Assembly: GCA_964577975.1 (NCBI GenBank)
Contig: CAZOBB010000058.1
Span: 19,367 to 83,366 of the forward strand
Length of the DNA stretch: 64,000 nucleotides
Direction: 5' to 3'
Source: an uncultured Thermodesulfobacteriota bacterium
GTDB taxonomy: Bacteria; Desulfobacterota; S145-22
The first letter of the stretch is position 1, and every line of letters begins with the position of its first letter. Below, piece after piece: positions 30,533 through 39,665 of this stretch. The notes beneath the pieces were generated by a model. The model made no database searches, was not told the DNA's origin, and worked only from the letters and a program-made list of their open reading frames with translations. Made by a program: the position numbers and the translations under genes.

Positions 30533-31648
30533 CTACCTTTTTAAGGCCATTCCCGCATCCAAATCTTCCAACGTTTCGCGAAGCGCAGAGACGAGGAGAC
30601 GATTCTCTTCGCGTCTTTTTACTCCTATCCGAAGATACCGATTCCCCATCCCTCGAAACGAGCCGCAATGCCGGACAACGATTCCCCGTTTAGCAAGCGC
30701 ATGGTAGACTTCGTCGGCCGTAAACGTGGGCGCATTAACGGAAAGGAGAAAAAAATTCGCCTCTGAGAAAAAGGGAGACAACCAGGGAAGTTTCTGAATT
30801 TCTTTCATGAGCCAATCCCGTTCGTGTACGAGATATTGTCTGCTTCGTTCCATATAATCCTTTCCATATTCCAGGCAAAAAACCCCCGCTAATTGGGCCA
30901 GCGTGTTCACGTTCCAAGGAGGAAGAAAGGTCTTCCACCTCTCGATGAGAGTGGGATTGGCCACGGCATAGCCCAAACGAAGCCCTGGGATGGCAAAAGA
31001 TTTCGTCATGGATCGAAGCACCACAAGCCGGTCCCATCGTCGCACCCATTCGATGACGGAAGGAATTCGGGAAAAGGGAAGAAATGCCTCATCCACGACA
31101 ACGGTTCCCCCCACCTTCTCCGCCGAGCTCAACAACTCTTCCAATTCCGCTCTGTCGATTCCCCGACCGGTAGGATTGTTTGGCTGGCATAAAAACGCCA
31201 CCGCACCGTCGGTCATCACCTTGGCGATTCCTTCCAGATCGAACGAGAAGCTCTCCCCTTCAAGGGGAGGGACGTGCTCGATCTCCCAGTGGTGGACGGT
31301 ACATACCCGCTCATATTCAACGAACGTGGGAAAGGGAATAACCGCTTTCTTCCTCTCGTATAAAGACGCGAACGCAAAAAGGAGATCGGCGGTTCCATTC
31401 CCGACAATCACCCAGTCTTTTGAATAACCATGACAGTCCGCGATTCTATCCGTAAGGGTGGCTGCCGTAATCTCTGGATAGACGGAAATGGCTCGGAGAC
31501 GACGTACGAGAAACTCCTTCAATCCATCGGGAGGCCCAAGGGGATTGATACTGACGCTGAAATCTATAAAACGGTTTTCCCCTTCACCGGGATGGAGAAG
31601 AGATTCCAATGTCTCGGCTCCCCCGTGGAGGGGCGGGGAAGGCTTCAC
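30533..31648 (-). CDS. cobD: L-threonine-O-3-phosphate decarboxylase
   Basis: LHGG, DFSVSINPLG, CQPNNPTG, VDEAF, PLP lysine RSMTKSFAIPGLRLGY; adjacent to cobQ. Confidence 0.88.
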   Translation of the reverse strand: MKPSPPLHGGAETLESLLHPGEGENRFIDFSVSINPLGPPDGLKEFLVRRLRAISVYPEITAATLTDRIADCHGYSKDWVIVGNGTADLLFAFASLYERKKAVIPFPTFVEYERVCTVHHWEIEHVPPLEGESFSFDLEGIAKVMTDGAVAFLCQPNNPTGRGIDRAELEELLSSAEKVGGTVVVDEAFLPFSRIPSVIEWVRRWDRLVVLRSMTKSFAIPGLRLGYAVANPTLIERWKTFLPPWNVNTLAQLAGVFCLEYGKDYMERSRQYLVHERDWLMKEIQKLPWLSPFFSEANFFLLSVNAPTFTADEVYHALAKRGIVVRHCGSFRGMGNRYLRIGVKRREENRLLVSALRETLEDLDAGMALKR

Positions 31649-33177
31649 TTTTTTATCCCCTCTTCAATGATCCCCACGACCCGATCCATGTCCAACGCCT
31701 CACGGACCACCTTAGCCAATCTTGCCACACTCTCCATTAACCGCTGTTTGTAAAAGATCCCGGATCCCATAAGAGGCGGGATCCCTTTCCTCCGACGGAG
31801 GGAGTTCAAAAAATCGTGACGGAATCCATCGTTATCGAAGATACCATGAAGGTAGGTTCCCCACACCGTCCCCTTTTCATTAACAGCGCCATCCTCCACG
31901 TCACAAGGAACCCCATTGCGCCGCACGATCCTAAAGAGGGGAGACGCGCCTTGTCCCCGTCGCGTAACCCCCATGTGAATCTCGTATCCTTCCAACCGAT
32001 TCCCGCTTTCTCCTTCTATCTTCTCCGCCTCGACCAAGGTCGTCGTTTTCTCCGGTGCCATTACCGTTTCCACATCCAAAAGCCCCAGCCCCTCCATAAC
32101 CTCCCATCTCGACTCGACATGATGAGGGTCCCGAATCACACGGCCCAACATCTGATACCCGCCGCACAGTCCGACAACTGTTCCTCCTTTCGCCGCAAAG
32201 TCAACGATTTCATCCACCAGTCCACTATCCTGGAGGAATTGAAGATCGGCAAGGGTATTTTTGCTGCCAGGGATGATGACGGCATCATAATCGTCAAGTT
32301 CGTCTCCGGCAACGAGATATTCCACCAAAACGCCCGGTTCCATGGAAAGCACATCAAAGTCGGTGAAGTTCGAAATGTGAGAAAGCCGGATGACGCCTAT
32401 CCGAATATCTCCTTTTTGAGTTCCCATGCGCTTACGTAACCCCACGCTATCCTCTTCGGGAAGATAGAGATCATGGAAATACGGGATCACGCCAACCACC
32501 GGAACCGATGTTTTCTCTTCAATCATTGCAAGACCCGGCTCGAGCAAAGAAACATCCCCCCGGAATTTATTGACAATCATGCCTCTAATATAGTCCCGTT
32601 CCCCTTTCTCAAGGAGGGCGATCGTTCCATACAATGCGGCGAAAACTCCTCCGCGATCGATGTCTCCTACCAAAAGCACAGGCGCCTTCGCCATCTGGGC
32701 GGCCCCCATATTAACGAGGTCGTGCTCCTTCAAATTGATCTCTGCAGGGCTTCCCGCTCCCTCCATCAGGATCAAATCGTACCGATCCTTCAGAAACTCC
32801 AAACTCTCTAGCACCTTTTTCCTCAAACCCTCCTTTTTCCTATGATAGGTCCGCGCATCCATGTTGCCGTATACCTTGCCATGCACAATCACTTGAGATC
32901 CCGTATCAGAGGAGGGTTTAAGTAAGATGGGATTCATGTGAACACTAGGGGGAATCCCCGCGGCAAGGGCCTGAAACGCTTGGGCCCTTCCGATCTCTCC
33001 CCCTTCTTGGGTGATGAAGGAATTCAACGCCATGTTCTGAGCCTTGAACGGCGCCACACGAATCCCCTCCTCCGCGAAGATCCGGCACAAAGCGGCAACC
33101 AAGACGCTCTTTCCCACATGGGAACCCGTCCCCTGTATCATAAGGGTTCCCCTCAATGCTCCACCCTTATCCGTCAA
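31645..33177 (-). CDS. cobQ: Cobyric acid synthase
   Basis: QGTGSHVGKS, PFKAQNM, EGAGSPAEINL, DIDRGG, ISNFTDF, GLCGGYQMLG, GYEIH, GTYLHG. Confidence 0.96.
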   Translation of the reverse strand: MTDKGGALRGTLMIQGTGSHVGKSVLVAALCRIFAEEGIRVAPFKAQNMALNSFITQEGGEIGRAQAFQALAAGIPPSVHMNPILLKPSSDTGSQVIVHGKVYGNMDARTYHRKKEGLRKKVLESLEFLKDRYDLILMEGAGSPAEINLKEHDLVNMGAAQMAKAPVLLVGDIDRGGVFAALYGTIALLEKGERDYIRGMIVNKFRGDVSLLEPGLAMIEEKTSVPVVGVIPYFHDLYLPEEDSVGLRKRMGTQKGDIRIGVIRLSHISNFTDFDVLSMEPGVLVEYLVAGDELDDYDAVIIPGSKNTLADLQFLQDSGLVDEIVDFAAKGGTVVGLCGGYQMLGRVIRDPHHVESRWEVMEGLGLLDVETVMAPEKTTTLVEAEKIEGESGNRLEGYEIHMGVTRRGQGASPLFRIVRRNGVPCDVEDGAVNEKGTVWGTYLHGIFDNDGFRHDFLNSLRRRKGIPPLMGSGIFYKQRLMESVARLAKVVREALDMDRVVGIIEEGIKK

Positions 33178-34409
33178 AGCGTCCGTTTACCTTCCACTTG
33201 AATGGGTTTCAGAATGGGAGAAAACGGCTGATCCAACACATTGAAAAGACTGTGTTTTTCCTCCGTCTTGAAGCGCGAAAGGATCTCACCCTCATACGAG
33301 AGGAAAATCACCTCGAGCGGAAAGTCATTCCCGACAATACGGGAGAGATTGCGATGCGCACGTTGACAAATCCTAAAGAAGATATTTCCAGCCCCTTCCC
33401 TAATGAGAAGCTCCAGCCCTTCGGAAGGGATTTCACACTCCTTCAGGGCACTCAGCAGTTCCTCAGACGCCTTTTCCACCAGCGCAATATGATAAACCGG
33501 CACCAAGGAGGTAATAAAGTTCTTCGGGCTCATCTTCATCTTTCCCGTCATGGACTTCAGAAGCTTCGAAAAATGACTTACGTAAAATACCTTTCCAAAG
33601 CCAAGTGCCTTCGCCTGTGTCAATGCGTATTCGATGTGATCGGCAACGAGAACAAACGATTCAGGTGGCACGTCAGGAAAAATCTTTTTGGCAAACCGCT
33701 CACTCCTCGCTCCAGGAGTCAAAATGACTTCATTCACGCCGATCTCTTTGGCAATGGTCAGCGCTTGCGTTATCAAACGATGCCACGCCTCTTGGGTGGC
33801 TAAACGGCTTAAAGCGGGCGTTTCCTGGACAGCCACGCCGCCCTCTATCCCTGCACGCTCCATGAGCGACTGACGCGCGAGCCTTTCTCCCTCGGGGACC
33901 TCTATGGTCACCGAAAGCTGACAGATACTCCCAAAATGCATGTACTTGGAAAGTTCAAGAAGATTTTCCCGGATCAAGTTCTGGGATTCCGGGAAAATGG
34001 CATCCCCCCCCACCGGGATAGGCAAACCAGGTTTCGCCACCTTTCCCACCCCAAAACCACCCCGGATCTCAAAAGAAAGGCTCCCGCTTTGGTAGCTGAC
34101 GTTTTCTTCATAAGCGAGATGCACATGCACCTCGGGTGAATTGGGATCTGCCGCCACGGTCAACGCCTTCGCCGTCACCGTTCCCTCACCCTTTTCAAAC
34201 CCCTTAATAGGAAACCAAAAACGCTTTCCACTCGGTAAGAGAAGAGAGACCGACTCCGGCGCGTCACCGGTTAAGAGACAGATAGCCGCCGCCTTCGCCG
34301 CCCCTGCCGCGCATGTTCCCGTCGTGTATCCAAGCCGATTCTTTCTTTCAATCCTCTGCCGCTCTGTTCGATAGCCATTCCCGCGGCCATTCTGGGCATT
34401 TCCCGTCAT
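33174..34409 (-). CDS. cbiD: CbiD-like (cobalt-precorrin-5B C1-methyltransferase) protein, strongly divergent; start uncertain (34409 or 34478)
   Basis: GYTTGTCAAGAAKAA and GG.GVGKV.KPGL..PVG motifs are kept, but several other conserved CbiD motifs are altered (see findings). Confidence 0.7.
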   Translation of the reverse strand: MTGNAQNGRGNGYRTERQRIERKNRLGYTTGTCAAGAAKAAAICLLTGDAPESVSLLLPSGKRFWFPIKGFEKGEGTVTAKALTVAADPNSPEVHVHLAYEENVSYQSGSLSFEIRGGFGVGKVAKPGLPIPVGGDAIFPESQNLIRENLLELSKYMHFGSICQLSVTIEVPEGERLARQSLMERAGIEGGVAVQETPALSRLATQEAWHRLITQALTIAKEIGVNEVILTPGARSERFAKKIFPDVPPESFVLVADHIEYALTQAKALGFGKVFYVSHFSKLLKSMTGKMKMSPKNFITSLVPVYHIALVEKASEELLSALKECEIPSEGLELLIREGAGNIFFRICQRAHRNLSRIVGNDFPLEVIFLSYEGEILSRFKTEEKHSLFNVLDQPFSPILKPIQVEGKRTL

Positions 34410-34684
34410 GCCCGCATTGCCACTCCGATTGAAATTATAGTTTCTTCTACGTTTATTCTGTGACTTCAACGATGGCACTCCCAGACGGCTATCTTTTACT
34501 TTTCAACACTTTTTCTGTCATGTAGGCAAAAATAACGATTATAACTAAAAAAAGACGATGAATCCTCTGCTTACATTTTCCCCTTTTTTCTTTCCTCCCA
34601 CTTTCCCAAAAACGAAAAAGCACCTGATCGTGATTGCAAGGGTAGTTCCCTCTTACTAAAACTTCTCTTCAAAGTCAACCGTTT

Positions 34685-35107
34685 TCACCTTTCCCATAGA
34701 TAATCAGCAACAAGCCTTTTGAATTGGGACGGAATATTACGTGATTTGTTTTTCCTGTAATCATAAAAGACCTGCACAGATTTTCCCCGGCTAAAGACGA
34801 TCTCCGGTTCCCCAACGCGCCGTATCTCGTAGGAAAACTCAAAGCTTTTGTTCCCCATCTTAGAAATCCACACAACCCCCTCTACCCGTTGTTCCTCCAG
34901 TTCAATGGGACGTAGATAGTCACAGGATACCCGCGCGAGAACAAAGGGGAAATCAGAGGGCGAGGAACTTCCCAAAACCCGCACGAAAAATTCCTTCCGG
35001 CCCTCTTCGTAATAGGTCAGATAGACCGCATTATTCACATGGCCCATCGCGTCAAGGTCCTTAAACCTAAGAGGGATCTCGAACACAAACTTTTTCGTCC
35101 CGCTCAT
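34685..35107 (-). CDS. Acyl-CoA thioesterase (4HBT/YbgC-like hotdog fold)
   Basis: RFKDLDAMGHVNNAVYLTYYEEGR; start set at ATG 35107 behind GGAGGA. Confidence 0.9.
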   Translation of the reverse strand: MSGTKKFVFEIPLRFKDLDAMGHVNNAVYLTYYEEGRKEFFVRVLGSSSPSDFPFVLARVSCDYLRPIELEEQRVEGVVWISKMGNKSFEFSYEIRRVGEPEIVFSRGKSVQVFYDYRKNKSRNIPSQFKRLVADYLWER

Positions 35108-35796
35108 GATTCCTCCCGCTCGATATATTTCACTCTGTACTCCCGGCTTGTCGCTCGCCATCGTTCCATCATCTCATCACCGTAAAGTTCATAAAATCCC
35201 TTCAAGACCTCCTCAAATGGAAAGTCGGCATAATACCCTCGTTGCCTTACATACTCCACATGAAGCCTCCCGTCTCTTGTGCGGGCATGGAACAATGCCG
35301 GGTTTTTCCCATCAAACTCCACGGGAATGAGTCCCAAACGTTCGCACATCCGCAGATCAAATGTTGGTGTCACCTTTACCCACTTTTCATGAAGGTAAAG
35401 CTCGTTGTAGCCATGAAAATAGAATACATCCGTCTCCATCATGGTGGCAAGTCCCGGAGGAACCAGACGGTTTCGAATGTCAGCAAGTCTCAAGCGGGCA
35501 GGGATTCCCGCCGCCCGAGCCAAGGCTGCCAAGACTATCGCCTTTTGGACACAATATCCCTCCCCCCTCCGGAGAATCACTCCTGCCCGGTAATCTCCCC
35601 TCTCTTCGAAAGGCACATACGGATTATAATAAATTTCATCCCGTACAAAATAGAAAAGGGCCTTTGCTCTTTCTTCCACGGGTGAAATTCCCCGTAAAAG
35701 CCTCTTTACCTGCGCCTGAATTACTGAACTGTCTGTTTCCAGGTAATAGGTAGGCATCAAATACCTTTTCATCCACTCTTCAGATGTCTCTTTCAT
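35104..35796 (-). CDS. Transglutaminase-like family protein
   Basis: FYFVRDEI.Y, catalytic Cys (GYCVQKA), His (FHGYNE) and Asp (PTFD). Confidence 0.88.
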   Translation of the reverse strand: MKETSEEWMKRYLMPTYYLETDSSVIQAQVKRLLRGISPVEERAKALFYFVRDEIYYNPYVPFEERGDYRAGVILRRGEGYCVQKAIVLAALARAAGIPARLRLADIRNRLVPPGLATMMETDVFYFHGYNELYLHEKWVKVTPTFDLRMCERLGLIPVEFDGKNPALFHARTRDGRLHVEYVRQRGYYADFPFEEVLKGFYELYGDEMMERWRATSREYRVKYIEREES

Positions 35797-35943
35797 TTCT
35801 TTGTACCTATCTCCCCGTCTGGCAAAAGTCTCTCATAAGCGTTTTAGAGATTCAAGCATTACTTTCCTTTCCCCCCTCTTGACCCTTCTAAAATGATGAT
35901 TATTTATTAAAGTGAAAAAAATAAGAAAAAGGGGGTGTGAAGA

Positions 35944-36387
35944 ATGAGTTGGCTTGTACCACTGAGAACATCGCGCGAAACGGAACGATCTCTATTCCCA
36001 ACCCGTTTACTGGACACGTTATGGGAACCCTTAAGCTGGGGACTGGAACCACTCGTGGGAGAGATGGCTCCCGTGGATCTCAAAGAAACGGACGATGAAT
36101 ATATCTTGAAGGTAGAACTTCCTGGTCTCGAAAAAGATGATGTGCAGATCGCGTTGGAGCAGAATGTCTTGACCATCCGTGGGGAGAAAAAAGAAGAGGA
36201 AGCGAAGGAGAATGAGTCCTTCCATAAAAAAGAGATCCGATATGGATGGTTCGAGCGGAGCTTCACCCTCCCTGGTGATATTAACGAAAAGAAGATCAAT
36301 GCAAAGATGAAAAACGGTGTGCTGACTATCCATGTCCCCAAAAAGGAAACGGCCAAACCGAAAAGGATTCCCATCACGGTTCAGTAA
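35944..36387 (+). CDS. Hsp20/alpha-crystallin small heat shock protein
   Basis: VDLKETDDEY, ELPG, RYGWFERSFTLP, A.MKNGVLTI.VPK. Confidence 0.95.
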   Translation: MSWLVPLRTSRETERSLFPTRLLDTLWEPLSWGLEPLVGEMAPVDLKETDDEYILKVELPGLEKDDVQIALEQNVLTIRGEKKEEEAKENESFHKKEIRYGWFERSFTLPGDINEKKINAKMKNGVLTIHVPKKETAKPKRIPITVQ

Positions 36388-36405
36388 ACGCCACCTTGAT
36401 CCAAC

Positions 36406-36434
36406 AAAAACCGCCCTGCCAGGGCGGTTTTTTT
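36406..36434. terminator. Intrinsic terminator after hsp20
   Basis: AAAAA-CCGCCCT-GCC-AGGGCGG-TTTTTTT. Confidence 0.85.
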
Positions 36435-36514
36435 ATGATCCTTTCTCGCATTCCCCACCGTTGAATATTCCCCCCCATCTATGATACATATCTTCGAAAA
36501 GGAGAAACAATGCG

Positions 36515-37333
36515 ATGAAGTTTTCAGGCATAGAGAAGATCGGTTTTATCGGGGCGGGAAAAATGGCGGAAGGCATCATCAAAGGCCTCATCGAAAGCGA
36601 TCTCATCAAGGCGGAGGAGATCATCGCAGCAGACATCGACGCGGAGCGTCTTCAAACTCTTCACAAAAAGCTTGGAATTCTCACCATGCCCAATAGGGAA
36701 CTTGCCCAAACGTGTCATCTCCTTTTCCTTTCCATCAAACCTCAGCAAGCCGATGCCGTTTTCCAAGAACTCGAAGACATCTCCTTCGAGGATAAACTTG
36801 TCCTTTCCATCATGGCTGGCGTTCCCACCCACCGAATTGAAAACGGTTTGGGGAAAGCCGTCCATGTCATTCGCATCATGCCAAACATTGCCGCTACGGT
36901 TCAAGCGGCGGCTTCCGCATTCTGTCTAGGGAAATGGGCGACCCAAAAGGATGCAACACTCGCCCGGACGATACTTGAAACCTTTGGCACGGCAGAACAG
37001 ATCGACGAGTCCCTCCTGGATGCCGTCACCGGACTCAGCGGTAGCGGTCCCGCCTATGTCTTTTCCTTTATCGAAGCCCTCGCGGATGGGGGAGTTCTCA
37101 TGGGTCTTTCGAGGAAAACCGCCCTCAACCTAGCCATCCAAACGGTTTACGGTGCCGCTAAACTCATTTTGGAAACGGGAGATCACCCCGCCCTTCTCAA
37201 GGAAAAGGTCACCTCCCCCGGTGGCACCACCATTCACGGTCTTGCCAAGATGGAAGAAGCCGGCTTCCGAAATGCGCTGATTCAAGGAGTCAAACGAGCG
37301 ACCGAACGTTCCCAAGAGTTGGGAAAAGAGTAA
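36515..37333 (+). CDS. proC: Pyrroline-5-carboxylate reductase
   Basis: GFIGAGKM, KPQ, RIMPN, GLSGSGPAYV, VTSPGGTT. Confidence 0.96.
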   Translation: MKFSGIEKIGFIGAGKMAEGIIKGLIESDLIKAEEIIAADIDAERLQTLHKKLGILTMPNRELAQTCHLLFLSIKPQQADAVFQELEDISFEDKLVLSIMAGVPTHRIENGLGKAVHVIRIMPNIAATVQAAASAFCLGKWATQKDATLARTILETFGTAEQIDESLLDAVTGLSGSGPAYVFSFIEALADGGVLMGLSRKTALNLAIQTVYGAAKLILETGDHPALLKEKVTSPGGTTIHGLAKMEEAGFRNALIQGVKRATERSQELGKE

Positions 37334-37353
37334 AGGCAACACGCCTTCCCGAT

Positions 37354-37387
37354 AAAAAAAGGGCCCGCACTTACATGCGGGCCCTTT
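37354..37387. terminator. Bidirectional intrinsic terminator between proC and the porin-cytochrome operon
   Basis: AAAAAAA-GGGCCCGCA-CTTACA-TGCGGGCCC-TTT; the 7-U tail lies on the minus strand. Confidence 0.85.
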
Positions 37388-37406
37388 CCCCATACAGGCG
37401 TTTCCA

Positions 37407-39590
37407 CTAAAAGGTGTAATTCAACCCCACGTTGAAGATCCAGAGTTCTCCATCGGCGTCATAAAGATAGGGTTCGTCATCGGTGTATTTCCGATACGTT
37501 ACCACACCCGCCAACTCAAGGGCCTTGTAGAGTTTCACGTTACACCCCAAGGAACACTCAAACCGGCTTTGATCCAGATCCGAATAATCCTCGAAACCGG
37601 TATAATCCGTCGTATAGGCGACACTCCAAACGGGAGACGGATCATTCCACGTCGTGAATCCCGCCGGCGGTCCCGAGAAATGGAGGGAATCAAAATCCGC
37701 TTTTGACTTCGTGTAAGAGGCATCAAGATTCACACTTATCCGCTTGGTAGGCGTAAAGACCGCCGAGGCGTACAGGACATGATTGCGGATATCATAATCG
37801 GTATCGTCGCTCATGGAGCCAACCTGGCTCACCATACCCTGCCCGCCTCACCCGGCGAAGAGATCGGTACAGACGTAACTCCCATACCGATCATACTCGT
37901 AGTTGTACCCAACGGAAAAGCTCAACTTTTTCATCGGCATGAACCAGAAATTGATCCCCGCCATATACCGATCGGCATCCCAGTTCGTGTGGTCGTTATT
38001 CTGATGCTGATACTGGAACAACCCATTGATCGAGATCGTCGTCTTCGGCATGTAGGTTGCCGACAATTTGATCTCATGGGAATCTTCCGGCTGGTTCGAA
38101 CGATCGTTCATCCGATAGTCCGCGTCGAAAACTTTGTAATACGGCGTGGTCCCCACACCCAGATCCTGAACCTCTTGACAACTTCCATTTGCATTGCCAA
38201 ACGGATCGCTCAAATGTTTGTAGGTATACGCCACCCGATATTTCCAGTGGGCGTTCGGCCGACCATTGACCGCCGCCTTGAAGGTATGGGTCTTTGTTTC
38301 CGTTTCACCACTGTTGGTCACGGCCAAATTGTCCCGATCAATGTCGTCGAACTCGTAGCCTAGCCGGATGGTGGTGCACCGATTCAACCGGTAGGCGGCA
38401 TCCAAGTTGACAGTATACTCGTCGCGATCGATCGCGGATTCTCTCACGAAATCGAAGTCATCCGTCGCGTGATACGCGGGATCCATTGGAGCAAAGTGCT
38501 CATTCACCGTAATCTTCGCATCGTCACTGTTGATATCGATATAGCGGAAGCGACCCGACAACGTCAGCTTGCGCCTCATGAAATCTTTCGTAACGCGGAG
38601 ATTGTACACATGTTGATCCACATCCAGATTGTTGTAGTCGTCTTCCATCGTCGTACACACAAACGAGCCATAGACGGTCGTATCTCCAGGCAGATCCGCT
38701 CGTGCCTTGACGACATGCGTGTCCTTTTTGGAATCGGGAATCAGGTTTCGAATATCGTCCGCATTTACGATATTCAAACGCCCTTCAAAAACCGTCGTGT
38801 GCGACCCTGCGACGACAGGATCGTAATGGATCATCTGTGTCGAGGCGTTGTTGTCGAATTTCCGGTGGGTATAGTTGTAATCCACCGTCACCATCCCAAC
38901 CTTCAAGGTCGCACCACCGGAAAGGTCGTTGGTGGCTTGATCAATCCGGTTTCCGTAACCCACCACGTGACAGGGGGTACACTTTCCCGTCATCACGGTC
39001 CCCTGTTTCCAACCGTGGCGAATCTCGTTTCGCCACCCCGCGTGGAAGGTCAGAGCCGGGAAGGACGGCACCGTTACTTTGGCATTCATTCGGGTCAACT
39101 GCCGGTAGATCTGATAGTTCTTTCCCGGCTGTTGATCCGTATATTGCCATTTCTGGGCCCCTTCCAATTCCCCCTCGCTGGAAAAGATGGGATTCACAAC
39201 CATCTGCCCATGTAGCTCGTCCCAGAAAAGGGGATCGTGACGGGTCCTGTGAACGAACTTGTTGTAGTCCATCTTGAATCGGAAGACCCGGTTGATATCC
39301 AGGTTCACGTTACCCGCATTATCATCTTGCGTGGTATAACGGGCATTCAAGTCAACAAAACTCTTGCCAAACGATCCCGTATACCCGAATAATCCCGTCG
39401 GGCTTCCTCCGGTATCGTCATACTCGGCCACATTTGTCTTATTATCATCCGTGCTGGTCGTGTAATATCCAGCGCCCACTTTCAGCCGGTAGGCCTTCTC
39501 CGCCTTCTTTTCCTCGGCGAAGGCCGCTCCCAGGGAAGTGACGCAGATAAATACAGCGGCAACCAGCAGGATCAGGGTTGAACGTCTCAT
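37407..39590 (-). CDS. MtrB/PioB-like outer-membrane beta-barrel with a CxxCH motif and predicted selenocysteine (in-frame UGA at 37850-37848), 727 aa
   Basis: ORFs 37848-39644 and 37407-37835 are in frame (GGG TGA GGC GGG CAG GGT ATG). Signal peptide after SD GAGGAG at ATG 39590; alternating beta-strand pattern; C-terminal beta-signal VGLNYTF only in the downstream part; SECIS-like hairpin after the UGA; directly follows a decaheme cytochrome. Confidence 0.82.
37813..37850 (-). promoter_or_regulatory. Bacterial SECIS-like element (UGA recoding signal)
   Basis: UGA-GGCGGGCAGGGU-AUG-G-U(bulge)-GAGCCA-GGU-UGGCUC-C-AU: 6-bp upper stem, G-starting GGU apical loop 23 nt after the UGA, bulged U. 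Confidence 0.75.
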
Positions 39591-39665
39591 GAGTCTCCTC
39601 CTTCTCGCTGATGATTGTTTTCTCATTTCAAATGATTTGGACACGATTTTCCTCCGCTTGCGTAT

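Noticed and set aside
34480-34690. Cobalamin riboswitch upstream of the cbiD-like operon
   Set aside because: A GGGAA is present on the minus strand but the other core elements (GGUG-AAxUCC, ACUGU, AGYCAGxAGACC) are not; an Infernal search would settle it.
37407-37835. Independent 142-aa ORF downstream of the porin
   Set aside because: No SD or signal peptide, and in frame with the upstream ORF across one UGA; better explained as the C-terminus of one recoded protein.
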